A stretch of DNA of 64,000 nt from Eledone cirrhosa (lineage: Eukaryota). The notes under the pieces are model-generated. The model ran no database searches. It saw only the letters and a list, made by a program, of their open reading frames with translations, and was not told the origin of the DNA. The stretch is from the NCBI GenBank assembly GCA_964016885.1, contig OZ024741.1, positions 293,012,001-293,076,000 of the forward strand. Direction: 5' to 3'. Shown in pieces: positions 25,996-39,247 of the stretch (positions are counted from its first letter, which is position 1; the number at the start of each line of letters is the position of its first letter). A program made the translations under genes and the position numbers.

Positions 25996-28900
25996 CATCA
26001 TCATCATCATCATCATCATTTAACGTCTATGTTCCACGCTTGCATGGGTTTGGACGGGAGTTTTCCCACTTGAGGCAAGAATGGTTGTCTTGCTCGCATA
26101 GGACTGTCTGGCGGGTTTTCTACAGTTGGATGCCCTTCCTAACACCAACCACATTTGCAGTGTGGGGCTGGGAGGTTTTTACCGTGTTGCCTACACGGCC
26201 ACATTACAGCGTGGACTGTCTGGCGGGTTTTCTACAGCTGGATGCCCTTAGTAACACCAACCACATTTACAGTGTGGGACTGGGAGGTTTTTACCGTGTT
26301 ACCTACACGGCCACATTACAGCGTGGACTGTGTGTTTTTTTTGTCATGACACCTACACGAACTCATATGTTTCGGCCTGGATGTTGTGGCACCAACATAA
26401 CTTTACATTGAAAGGGGCGGTGTGGATGGGGTGGGGGTGGTGGGACGGGGGTGTATTTTGTTAGAGATGCCTGCTGATGTAGTAGGTTTTACTTTGTATT
26501 TAGGTAAGGCGGGTCTTCTCTATTACTGAGTACCGCCAAAGGTCTTGGTCCAGTGACATTGTCTTGGAGAGGTGTAAGTGTGTGAGGTCGGAATTTATCA
26601 GCTCATCCCAGGTTTTTCTGGGTCTGCCTACTCCGTGGCCACCATCTATCTTTATTGCCCTGCACTTTGCTATACAGCTGTCGTCTTTCATGCGCATCAC
26701 AAGACCATACCAATGTAGCCTTCTCTCGAGTAAACAACATCTGATCCGTCTTATTTCTAATTTTTTCCTTAGTTCGTTTATGCTTTGCCGTTCACGTATA
26801 TTACTATTACACATCCAGCGGAGCATGCAAGCTTCGTTCCTCTCTAGTCTGCGTATATCCTCTGCACACAATGCCCAGGTCTCACTGCCATGCAACATTG
26901 CTGTTCGTATGCAGGCATCATACAACCTGCCTTTCATTTTTAGGGAGAACCCTTTAGCGGCTAATAGTGGTATAAGCTCTCTGAACTTTTTCCATCCAGT
27001 TCTGACTCTAGCTACTGTACTTTCAGAGCACCCTCCCCCACTGCTGATTTTGTCACCCAGGTAACGGAAGCTGACCACTATTTCTATAGAACCCTCTGCG
27101 CAATTGAAAGAGCTAGTATTTTAGTGGGCACTTGCTGCTACTTATTGCGCCAGAGCACCGGCCACATGTAAAATCTGTGTTCTTAGTTAGCTTACCTGTG
27201 ATACCACTACATCTTTTATGCACCCATACTTTGCATTTGGGACATAAAATGGAGTTTCTACCTACGCCTTTCCTACACACTGAGCATGGCCATTTCCCAG
27301 AAGGGACCGGCGCCTTATTTTCTTTCCTACAAACTAGAACTTTAGTCTTAGCCAGGTTAATTTTAAGGCCTTTGATTCTAGGCCATGCTTCCATGTTTGG
27401 AATTTCTTCTCTAGCTCGGCCATTGATTCAGCTATTAGCGTTAGATCATCTGCGTATAGGAGTTCCCATGGGCAGCCGGTCTTGAATTCCTCTGTTATAG
27501 CCTGAAGGGCAATAATAAATAGTAGGGGGCTAAGAACAGAGCCCTGATGGACACCAACTTTTACGCTAAACTCTTCACTATATTCGTTGTTAATTCTAAC
27601 CTTGCTGACTGTTTCTTTATACATGGCTTGTATAGCTCTCACAAGCCATTCGTCAACACCTAGTTTTCTAAGAGCCCACCAGATAATGGAATGGGGGACT
27701 CTGTCGAAGGCTTTCTCCAAGTCGACAAAGCTAAGTATAGGGGTTTACTTTTAGCTAGGTACTTCTCCTGTAGTTGTCGTACAATGAAAAGAGTGTCTGT
27801 GGTACTTTTGCCTGACACAAACCCGAACTGCATTTCATCTACATCGATTCTCTCTCTGATTAGTTGCACTATTACTTTTTCCGTGACCTTCATGACCTGG
27901 TCGATTAATTTAATGCGTCTATAGTTACTCCTATCCAGGGCATCTCCTTTACCCTTGTAACAGTTAATGATGATGCTGCTACGCCAGTCCTTCGGAACAA
28001 CCCCATTCTGTATGACTTGGTTTACTATCCGAGTGACCATGGTGTGTCCCAATGTTCCAGAGGCCTTCAGCATCTCAGCAACTATTTCCGAAGGCCCAGC
28101 CGCCTTTCCCGTCTTCATATCTTTGATTGCCTTACTTATTATACTACCTTCAACTAACACTGCTGGTCCCTCTATTGGATCGATCTGGGGGAGACTATCC
28201 TTCTCCCATTTACTCTCCTCATTTAGTAGCCTCTCATAGTGACACTTCCAAGCGACCTTCTTATCAGCGTCAGTGATGGCGAGTACGCCATCATCACTTA
28301 GTACACACTTCTCCCCAACAATATCACGGTTTTCCTTGACACATTGCCTAGCAATCCTGAACACCTCACGTTTTTGATCCTCGCGTTGTAGAACATGCTT
28401 GAACTTTCTTTCCTCTGCTTCCCTTCTTGCGAAGTACACTTGTCTCCTAGCTTCCCTTCTGGCCACTTGATAGTCTTCTCTACTTCTCCCATCCCGCCAT
28501 ACTTTCCAAGCCTGCTTTTTGGCCTTAATCAACTCCTCCACCTTACTGTTCCACCACCATGTTACTCTCCTCCTGCCTATAGGCCTGCTCCGGCCACAGA
28601 TTTCGTCTGCCACCATCAGCAGGTTTGCTTTCAGGAATTCCCACTGTTCCTCTATATTGTACGACTCTAAATGCTCTTCCTTACTGTCGAAAGCATCAAG
28701 TAATATGCTTTGAAATTTATTTCTGGCTGTGGGGTCCTTTAGCTTCCATATTTTTCTCCTGAGGATAGTCCTCTTCTGCTGTCGAGTACGTTTCGTCCTG
28801 ACTATGAGGTCGCTAATTATCAGTCTATGTTGGGAGGTGCATTCTTCATGGGGAAGGGATTTAGTGTTTACAACAGTCACTCTGTCACATCTTCTGGTAA

Positions 28901-29525
28901 GGATATAATCTACCTGGCTGGTATGTTCCCCTGATCTGTAGGTGATCAAGTGATTGTCTCGTTTTTTGAAGTTAGTGTTACAGATTTTTAGGTTATTTGC
29001 GTCACAGAATTCCAGGATTCTTGAGCCTTCCTCATTTCTAGTACCAAACCCATAGCCTCCATGGATTCCATCATAGCCGTCACAATGTTGTCCAACATGA
29101 CCATTTAGGTCGCCAGCAATAATTATATAGTCACTGTCGGTTATTTGGGAGGCAGTGAGCATCAGTGTCTCATAGAAAGTGTCTTTTATAGCGCCAGGCA
29201 GTCCGGATTGGGGCGCGTACGCAGATATTATCGTCACAGTAGTTCTATTTAGAACAAGTCTTATTTTAATTATTCTGTCATTTACTCTATTTACGTCTAT
29301 TATCTTATCCACCCATTTTTCTGCTAACATGATTCCTACCCCACCCAGCCCATTGTCATTTCCCACCCAGAAAAGCTTATAGCATCGTTTTTTACCCACA
29401 ATGAATCTAGCAGACCCGCCCCTCCACCTGGTCTCTTGGATACAGCAGACATCAACCTCCTTACGTTCAAGCATTTCTACAACCTCGTTTGAGTGGCGTT
29501 TTAAGGTCCCTACATTCATGGTACC
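25994..29525 (-). mobile_element. RTE-clade LINE copy D; ORF essentially complete from the APE start
   Basis: 619-aa APE/RT ORF plus three following frames with YADD, the PHD-like finger and GRPRKTW; 3' UTR with (GAT)n tail. Confidence 0.96.
26500..29519 (-). pseudogene. APE-RT(PHD) polyprotein of about 1000 codons with three 1-nt frameshifts
   Basis: ORF segments 27660-29519, 27334-27720, 27113-27394 and 26500-27078 join by single-base indels near 27728, 27372 and 27121. Confidence 0.88.
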
Positions 29526-30069
29526 ATTATTTTAAAATAATTTACAGTAATTTAATTAAGATAAACTTTTATTACTCTCATGCCAACCTCATTGGGAATT
29601 ATGCTGTGCATAATAATAATAATAATAATACTAATACTAATAATAATAATATTAGTGGTCATTGTCATCATTTTTATCATTGTTATCATATTAATAAATG
29701 ATATTTAAACGTTGTTTCAGATTCAGACAGCTATTATTACATAACTATAATTACAAAACAGCAATATTTCAAAATATTACTATTACCTTGCCATAGTTAA
29801 TCAGCCAAGCATGGGACCATAACAGATTATGAAAGCCGTTGCATTGGTGAAAGATAATTGTGGTTGTCTGCTACTGCAGTCTGACAATAATGATGATGAA
29901 GATTAACATGCTTCTTTACTATCAATATAAATTTTGTTTCTAAAACTTTTAACAATTATTTTGTACATTTTATTATTACATTTTTTGTAAAAGAAAAAAG
30001 CATCATAAATGATCATATGAAAATGAAAGACATAAAATTATATCATTTTAGAAAAGAGATTAAAAAAAT

Positions 30070-30365
30070 AGTCCACACTGTAAAAAGCGCAACGATAAGA
30101 AGCCCCTACCTCACACTGTAAAATAGTATTTTTGGTACCTCGTCCAAAAGCACCAAGTCCTCACTGTAAAGTGGTCCTTTTGGTGCCACAACAAAAAGCA
30201 CCCAGTCAACACTGTAAAGGGGTTGTTTTGGCGACACAACAAAACCTACCTATCCACTCTATAAAATTGTTGTGGTGTGGTCATGATAAAAAGCACCCAC
30301 TTCACAATTTAAGTGACCATTTTGGTGTCACGATAAAAAGCATCCAGTCTACATTATAAATGTGA
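30070..30365 (+). repeat. Degenerate tandem array of a roughly 47-bp unit related to the RTE/SINE 3' region
   Basis: About six recurrences of GGTGCCAC..AAAAAGCACCCAGTC.ACACTGTAAAG. Confidence 0.75.
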
Positions 30366-31714
30366 TTGCCATTTTGAAGGCTAGCAGGGGTTGGATGTGT
30401 CTTCATAGACTGAATCTATGCTGAAGCAAGGCTACTGTCCTCCCACACATGCCAGGGACTTGCATCTCACTTTAATGCACTTCCACATTATACCAAATTC
30501 AACCACTTTACAGCAAATACTAAGTGCATTTATTGTGTAGACCACCAACACTAGGGATTTTGTCAAGTCCTTGACGCAACTGAAGGGTCCTTGCAACCCT
30601 CACATACACACACATATGTGTGTGTGTGTGTTAGATGCTGATGTGGAGGTTTTTAATCCTGGTGATTTTTTTTAAACATATTCTAACTATGAGTTTATGT
30701 TTAGGTGTGATACACGTGTTCTCTTCAATATTTTCTTTTTTTTTGAGTAACACAAAACAACAAACTAACAATTCACAGAACTAAGTTCAGGCAACCGATG
30801 TAATATACAGCCAAATTCACTCACAAGGAATTGGTTATGATACATCGTAAGATAGTCTTCTTCTTCTCCGCTTCCTCCTCCTCCTTCTTCTTCAGATAGA
30901 ACCCTAACCCTTGTGGTTGTTTGGTGAATGTCTTAACCACACAGATATGGCTGAGCCTTAGCCACAGAACTAAATTGTAGAAGTGGTTGATCTGTAAATA
31001 ATTTCACAAAAGCAAAAAAATAACATCTCCCTCAAAACAACAACAGCACTATTAGATAAACAAATAATAATAAATAAATAAAAACTTAATTTGGAAAAAC
31101 ATTTGATATTACAGTTCCATGTTAATGATTTAGCCAGGGAAAATATCATCAGATTAAAAATGCATGTTTTATTCTCGGAAGATTCTCCACTTGAGAACTG
31201 ACACTTTTCTCATTGTTAATTTTACAGAATCAATAGCATAAATAATAAATTTGCAATTATTTTACAGTTGAAATGTAATCATTCTCTTAATTTTATTTTA
31301 TTTTGTTTTATCCCATAAGAATATATGTGTATGTGAATGTCTATGTATATGAATGCATTTGTACCTTAATGTGCTTAAACAAAAAAAAATAAATAAATAA
31401 ATAAAATGATTGAATTGGTCTATGAGAATACAATTTTAAAACTTCCCTTCTAATTGTTATAAATAGTCTCATAAACAAAGATGTCACATATTTATGTGAA
31501 AAACAAAAGCAAAAAATCCCTATTTATTTATGATATACATACAGCATGGTTGTAAAAGCAGTGGAAGTGGTAGAAGTTTAGTACTGTCATCAATTCTTCC
31601 TCTGTTTCTCTTTCTCACTTTCTATCCTTCTCAAGAAGAAATCTTTTTATTTATTTATTTTTCTTCTTTTCCTACTTCTTCTTCCTCCCCCTTATGGGTA
31701 TTGTTGTTAGTATA

Positions 31715-31945
31715 GGGGCTTAGGGAGGGTGGCAGCTGTAAAGTCCTCAGACACTCCTTCCAGCAGGTCCTATCAGAAGAAACCATCTCTAATTGATCCA
31801 GTTTTATACCTATGTGAGACCAGCTTGGCTCATGGATGTTATTCAACTATCTTGCTTGAAGTCTACCTTTGGTTATCCTACCATTTGGTTTTACTCTTAA
31901 AATCTGTCCAGCAATTCTTTTCTGAGACATTCTAACCACATGACC
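31715..31945 (-). mobile_element. Old RTE-like LINE 3' end
   Basis: Encodes …NIHEPSWSHIGIKLDQLEMVSSDRTCWKECL; homologous to 16975-17205. Confidence 0.6.
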
Positions 31946-32749
31946 TTATATTCATCAAAACATTTTTCTTCGCAATATTATATAAGAATCACAATATTAT
32001 AAACAACCACTTAATAATGAGAAAGTTAGATATGCTACTAAACACCATCAGAAAATTCTTCAGTGTATTCCTAATTATTTGAAAATCGTAGACAGTGTCT
32101 TTCATTGGAAATATGGTAATGAAAGCATTAAAACAGACAAAAGCAAAGTAGTGCTGGTTAAGAAAATATTTCAGCCAATGATTAATAGTAAGTAGAATAC
32201 TAAAGCCAATGATTTCCAACAGAAATTAGTGAAGAAATTGGAGTGTTAGTTCTGGAAGTGCAATAGAATTAAGCATGAGAATATATGTGAGTGTGTTGTA
32301 TGTTTTGTGTGTTTGTTTGTGTATTGTATGTTTTGTGTATGTGTGTGCGCGAAATACATGTGTGAGTATTAAAAGATTTGAAAGACTGCAGTGAGTTTGC
32401 ATAAATGTGTGAGAGTCAATGAAAAGGAAATAATGCAAAGAAAAGAAGCGAATTTTACAAGTCAATCAAAGGAAATTACATTTCCTTGGTCTGATATTAT
32501 ATGTAGGTTGCAATGCCAGACAGAAGAATTATCACTGTTTTTTTTTGTTTTTTTTTTTGTTTTGACAACCAGAGATGGGACAAAGCTGGAACAGATAATA
32601 CAATGCATACCATCATATAGTTTAATGATTTTGCCAAATTACTCCCTTTTGATAGGTACTCTATTTATTAGGCTCAACAGTTGGAATTTAAACTCAGAGC
32701 TGAGAGAGTTCAGACAAATACCACAACACATTAATTTCTAAAGCTACAA

Positions 32750-32912
32750 TCATCATCATCATCATTGTTTAATATTCATTTTCCATGCTATCATGATTTA
32801 GATGAGTTGTCCCACTCTGAGACCAGCCAGATTAGATAACCATGTCTTGATCATACAAAACCATATCTGGCTTGATTTCTACAGCTGGATGCCCTTCCTA
32901 ATGCCAACCACA
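32750..32912 (-). mobile_element. RTE/SINE 3' tail fragment
   Basis: (CAT)n followed by TTTCTACAGCTGGATGCCCTTCCTAA. Confidence 0.75.
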
Positions 32913-34349
32913 TCTATGCCAATTCATCACCGAAGTCATTGAAACACTCATTAATTCTACAGTACTCCTGCTCCTTACGATCAATCAACAGTATGTGTTC
33001 TATGGTGTCAATAACAGATTCCACACAACAGGAGCTTACATTACTCCACACAGCACCGACAACAATATTTTTGTACAGAAATAAGAAATATAAAAAAAAA
33101 TATAGAAATAAAACAAATTCTTGAATTTTTCTATGGTAGAATATTTCACCAGAAAATATGTATTGATTAAATTAGTATCAATTAGATTAGTATCAATCAG
33201 TCGTAATATAAAGATTATAGTTAGCTAATTGGACACAAATTTGTCCATAATCCCATGCTAAACACATGAGTATATAGCAAGACAAACTAGATAGAAATAT
33301 AATGTTATATCAACAATGTATACAAAAATGATACAAATAAGAAATAATGTAGAAAAATAATATAAATTTATATAAAACATATTGCATAAGAAACATATTT
33401 AATAATAATGAAATATAAATAATATATATATATATATATATAAATGGTCATATATATGTATATATATATATATAAAATAAAATATAGGGAAATAGCAATG
33501 ATTCTGAGAATCAGGAATATCTGATATTTTGGTATAAAAGGAATAAAATATTACAAAAATACAAAAACAACAAAAAATCGAGTCTTTATGCAAGAAGTAT
33601 GATTTATAATGCTTTAAAAGAAAACTAAAATGCCAAAAAAGAAAGAAAAATCGAAGACAATTTCTAGAATATGACATTGTTACAGTTTCTGTGATTTAAT
33701 AATATAAGCATTGAAAAAATGGTTTATGATATAAAACAAACAAACAACTAAATATATTAACAAAAGAGCAAGAAACCAAAGTTTCAGGAATTGTTAAAGA
33801 ATGAAATGGTAAAAGAAAACAAAATACAAAAATGATTTTAAAAAATAAGAGGGTGAAGGAAACAAATTATGTCAGAATAAGATTAAAATATGGCAGTTCC
33901 GGATATGTTAGACATAGTTGTGAGTAATTGCAAATAATACATATGTGATAGTAAATCAATGGGGGTAGGTAGAGTAGCTAGGTAGAAGTAATGGTGGGGA
34001 AGAAGAGCCAAGTAAAGAAAGGGGGTAAAAGAAAGAATACATACAAGATGAATGTTATGATGAAGAAGCTAATGAGAATGCATCTATGCTGCTGGATCAC
34101 TTGATCTGCTAGAAATAACTTCTAAATATCTCTCTAATCATATTGTAGTGGTGTACAAAAACAAACAAGTACACATTAAATAATATAAACTTAGAGCAGG
34201 CATGGCTTTGTTCTCTTCATAATCATGAGGTGCTGGGTTCAATCCCACTGCATGACATCATGAACAAGTGTCTATTATTAAAGCCTTGGGTGGTGTCATG
34301 CTTTGTAAGTAAAATAAAGTTGATGGAAACAATGCAGATTTGAATGTAC

Positions 34350-34600
34350 GTATCATAATCATCATCGTTTTTACGTCGATTTCTCGATGATTGCATGGAT
34401 TGGATGGATCCTTTTCAGCACAGCATCTCTCCACTCGCTGCATTCCCATATTACTTCCTCTGTGTGTCTCAGCAATTTGAGATAAGCTCTCACCACCTCC
34501 ATCCAGGTCTTCCTTGGTCTTCATCTACTGCAGCTTCCTTCGACTGGGATTTCATGGCAGTTCTTCACACAATGATCATCTTCCATGCACATCACATGTC
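34350..34600 (-). mobile_element. 3' end of a second RTE family
   Basis: Encodes RPRKTWMEVVRA…WRDAVL; homologous to 36836-36989 and 57437-57885. Confidence 0.75.
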
Positions 34601-35537
34601 CTTTAATACAAATGTGCAGCCATGCCCCTCACTGTACTGTGCCCTCACTATTTTAAGGATACACATACCTGTAGAATACTCAGCTTCATAAATGTAGATA
34701 TCTGAGTACAGTACACCATTCTGCTGTGATAACTACTGGTACATTTATCATAGAAGCCAATGGATGTCTCTCTATCTATATATTGACATTATTATTATTA
34801 TTATTACTATTATTATTATTATTATTAGTAGTAGTAGTAGTGGTAGTAGTATTTATTGATTGATAGAAATGAAATATTAGTAGAACCAAGAGAGATTAGG
34901 AATGGAATATAAAACTTGATCAGTTGCCATGTTTATTTAGTGTTTTGTGATCAATCTAAGGTATCCCACTCATTCATTCCTGGATATATATAATTGTATG
35001 TATGTATGTAAATATGTATATAAATATATATATATATATAATGATTCTACCATGAACAGCAGTAGCACAACATAAACAACAATCTCTTATCCCTCCTCTT
35101 TTCCTCCTCATGCTACTACTACTACTACTACTACAACTACTGCTGCTGCTGCAATAATAATACCAACAACAATGATAGTGTAAAAGAAATACCAACACAA
35201 CAACAACAACAACATTAATAGTACAATAATAATAATAATAATGATAATAAAACTAATAGTAGAAAGTAATGTTGTGGGTAGGCTTTAAGTTGATTAGATT
35301 GTGCAGTCTAGTGTGTAATATCTAGATAAATATTGGTGATCAATAGAATAACACTGATTGGAAATCACATTTCCTGTATTTCTGTATAGAGAAACGGAAC
35401 TTCAACATACATACATGTGGTTCAAATATATAATTACACATGTTTCTATATTGACAGTTTGAATCACTAGTATTTTCTGTATGGCTACTATATATGTGTG
35501 TGTGTGTATGTATGTACTTATGGGTTTGCGTATGCGT

Positions 35538-35625
<88 letters not shown>

Positions 35626-36575
35626 CACTTGCAAATTATATATTTGTGTATAAAAGTACTTAAAATCATTAATGTATATTTGCTTAAACAAACATCTAGA
35701 AATTCTGTTAACCAGTTTGTTGTGAACACTCTTTTCTATTCCCCAACAGCTTGCTGGTTTAGTATAGACAAAATGTGTATTGCAGTGTGTAGGTTAATAG
35801 AAGTAGGTATTTACTGTACATATAGGCTTTTTGTGTATGATGGGGTAAAACGTACAAGTCTTGTTGTTCATTAGCCTGTTTAATATCAAATTTCCTGAAA
35901 CCAGCCATGGTTTTTTTATACTAATCTGTTTATTTTAAAGTGGTTTTCCATTATCATCATATTTAGGAACCTCCTTTAAGCTACATTCCAAGAGCCAGCT
36001 TAATAATGAGAACATTAGTTATATTAATAAATAACTCCAGACTGGATTATTTTCAAGGTTATTTGAAAATCATAGACAGTCTTTCAATAGAAATATGGTA
36101 ATGTAATGGTTAAACCCAAGTCAACTTTGATTAAGGAGAGCAGTGATCAATGATAATTTAGCTACATTATCTCTTTGCTTTTCATCCTTACGGGGTCGAT
36201 AAAATAAAGTACCAGTAATACACTGGGATAATTGCTGGCCTTTTGCCAAAAGTAGAAACAATTATCTATTATGCCCTTATATTTTTAACCTTTTGAGTTT
36301 TACCAATATACTAGCAGGACTGGATTAGCCATTAAGTGAAATATGAACATACTTAGGACAACAAGGAAAAAGAGCCAAAACACTTGTTTGATACATATGG
36401 AGTCTATTATGATGCCTGCAAAGCCAACTTCTGGTTTAAAATGGTTGTTGTAAAAGATCAAATGACCATAAAGAATTGTCTTTATTGGTGTGAATTGAGA
36501 GAACTGATATCAGACATACTTTAAAAAAGTTATTACAGATTATACAAACACACACACACATACATATATATATAT

Positions 36576-36651
36576 AAGCCAGAATCAGTTCCCGTCCCAC
36601 CCTTGCAAGCAGGGAAAAGTGGACGTAAAATGAAATGATGAAATGAAATGA

Positions 36652-36655
<4 letters not shown>
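36576..36655 (+). mobile_element. SINE family 1 tail fragment
   Basis: AAGCCAGAATCAGTTCCCGTCCCACCCTTGCAAGCAGGG…ATGATG. Confidence 0.85.
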
Positions 36656-36680
<25 letters not shown>

Positions 36681-36684
<4 letters not shown>

Positions 36685-36822
36685 TCTAAAGTCTGTCTTA
36701 AGCCAGAAGGCTTATTTGGCCGGTGCTTATCCCGATTTCATGGCGTGAAGCGACTGAAAGTATAAGACTTCCCCCCTGGATGCCAGTCCATTGCTGGTAC
36801 TCATTCAGTAATGTACTGGAGT
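36681..36822 (-). mobile_element. SINE family 2, 3' half
   Basis: Reverse complement of about 19475-19642 with small deletions. Confidence 0.85.
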
Positions 36823-36835
36823 ATATATCTATATA

Positions 36836-36989
36836 TGAGCGGAGGTGGTGAGAGCAGACCTCAGATCGCTGAAACTCACGGAGGAGATGACGAAGGACCG
36901 TGACGGGTGGAGAGATGCTGTGCTGAATAGAACACGTCCAACCCTTGCAAGCAGGGAAAAGCGGACGTAAAATGATGATGATGATGATG
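36836..36989 (+). mobile_element. Short 3' end of the second RTE family
   Basis: Reads AEVVRADLRSLKLTEEMTKDRDGWRDAVLNRTRPTLASREKRT-stop, then (GAT)n. Confidence 0.8.
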
Positions 36990-38654
36990 GCTGCCCCCTC
37001 GTTATCGAGTATGGCCATTGCACGATATACCATTATTAATAATTATTAATTAATTCTATCATGCAATGCCTGTGCGTGAAGATATTTTTTAAAGTGAGGA
37101 AAAACTGTGCACTGAGCCAATCCCACTCTCTGAGCGACAGTAGCTATAATCCGAAAAAAGAAAAGATCGACATCATCGGTAACTACTGAGCCATAGGTTT
37201 TATATCGGAGTTATCCCAGTTTCCTGAGTTGCCTTCTCCTAGAAGAATGCCCTGACAAAGGCTAGGAGTCCTTCACTCCCAGTGGTTTACCGTGCAATCG
37301 GGTGTCCAGCCCAACTATTTCTATACTTACATATATACATGTGTATATACAAATTTACACACTTTTGGTTGGCCGTTGTCTCTTATGCGCTCTTCCGCCC
37401 TTTGTATATATATATATACATACATACATACATACATACACACACCAACAATAAACAAAATCTTTCAGTACATGGAAGTTATGAAAAGATTCAACAACAG
37501 AACCTCCTAGGTGCTTTACAGCTTCCCTTCTCATTATTTTCTTTATCTTTCTGTTTATGCTTATCTTGTCTCCTGTTGGCTTTCCCTATAAATGTTTTAT
37601 TATATAATTTTTTTAATTTTAATTTTTATATTCATTTATCTCTGTAGATCTTTTGTTTCTCAACTGTAAGTGCTAGATACTTCCTTTAGTTTGCCATTGC
37701 TTACTAGCTCTATGCGGACGTTTATATATAATAAATAAATACACATAAACTCATCCACTTACATACATATTTGTTACTATTCAAGCTGAATATTCAACTG
37801 TATCAATGTCATTAAGCTATTTTAATATATAACAGATTTTAAAACTGTAACAACCATAAGTGATCACTTTTCTCCTCAGAGTCAGTATATATTCACATAC
37901 AGACATACACAATGTATTGCTTTTAGATTTAGTCAAGAAGAAAACTTTTTCTCTCATAATTTCTTTACCTTTCTCCTGAAATAACTCTGATTTATAAATC
38001 ATACAAATTTGTACCAAACAGAACGATAATAAAAAGAATTCACACACTTAAGAAAAGATGTTAAAAATGAAAATTGTCTGGTGTAAGAAAATAATCAGTT
38101 AGTGCATCATAATTGTATGATGTAAAGTAAGAAACCGCTGATTTCTAAGATTGTTAAAGTTAGTGCCAAACATTTATTGGTTTGTGTTGGGGAAAAGGAA
38201 ATTTTTGAAAATGAAATTACACTGCTTCCTAAAGTAATTTTTATCAATCAAAATAACCAATATTTGGTACAATTTTTCTTCTGACAGTGGGTTAGACATT
38301 TCTCTCCTACTGAATAGCATCACTTATCTCTGTCTTTTAATCTTTTATTGGTTACTGTCAGAGGACTATGGCCTTCCTTGGGCACTATGTTTGAAGGAGT
38401 AAGTTGATCATATTGATCCTAGTACATATTTTGTGAAGTTTGGAAGTTATTTTATTGATATCTGTTGAATTCTAAAGTTGCAGAGATAAACATAGATGAT
38501 TACTTGAATCCGTGTGTGAGTATGCACGCACCTATATATATATATATATATAGATAGATATATGATGGACTTCCACAGTTTCATTGAATTCACAATGCAT
38601 TGATCAACCCAAGGCTATATTAAAAGACAATATGACTGAACACACACACATCAC

Positions 38655-38802
38655 CATCATCATCGTTTAACGTCCATCTTTTGTGTTAGCTTGGGTAGGA
38701 TGGTCTGTCCCTTTGTAAGGGATCATGTTGGTGGACCTTCTTAACACCAACCACATTTACAGTGTGTGGTGGGTGATTTTTGCCATGTTGCCTACACGAC
38801 CA
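38655..38802 (-). mobile_element. RTE 3' UTR fragment
   Basis: CATCATCGTTTAACGTCC…AACACCAACCACATTTACAGTG. Confidence 0.75.
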
Positions 38803-38829
38803 GTATATGTTTATATATGATGATCAGTT

Positions 38830-39177
38830 GGAGACACATGGCTTAGTGGTTAGAGCATTGGCCTTGCAATCGAAAGGTTGCGAGTTCAATTCTCAGACCG
38901 GGTGATGTGTTGTTTCCTTGAGCAAGACACTTTATTTCACATTGCTCCAGTTTACTCAGCTGTAGAAATGAGATGATATGGACTTGGGTCCATATCATTC
39001 CACTGCAATGTGGTCATGGAGGTGCCATGGCAAAAAAGCACCCAGCACTCACTGTTAATGAGGTTGGCGTTAGGAAGGGCATCCAGCTGTAGAAATCAAG
39101 CCAGAATCAGTTCCCGTCCCACCCTTGCAAGCAGGAAAAAGGGGACATAAAATGAAATGATGATGATGAATGATGAT
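38830..39177 (+). mobile_element. Full-length tRNA-derived CORE-type SINE, family 1, with RTE-derived tail
   Basis: A box TGGCTTAGTGG, B box GAGTTCAATTC, core CCTTGAGCAAGACACTT…CTCAGCTGTAGAAATG, GTTAGGAAGGGCATCCAGCTGTAGAAA block, (GAT)n tail. Confidence 0.9.
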
Positions 39178-39247
39178 ATATATATATATATATATATATA
39201 ATAATAATACAAGGACGAATGGTTACTCCTTTATTACGTTTATTGGT

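Noticed and set aside
30070-30365. CRISPR-like repeat spacing
   Set aside because: Eukaryotic context, degenerate tandem units without unique spacers, and no cas genes.
32915-33085. Short region open in several frames
   Set aside because: No basis for choosing a frame or strand, and no motif support.
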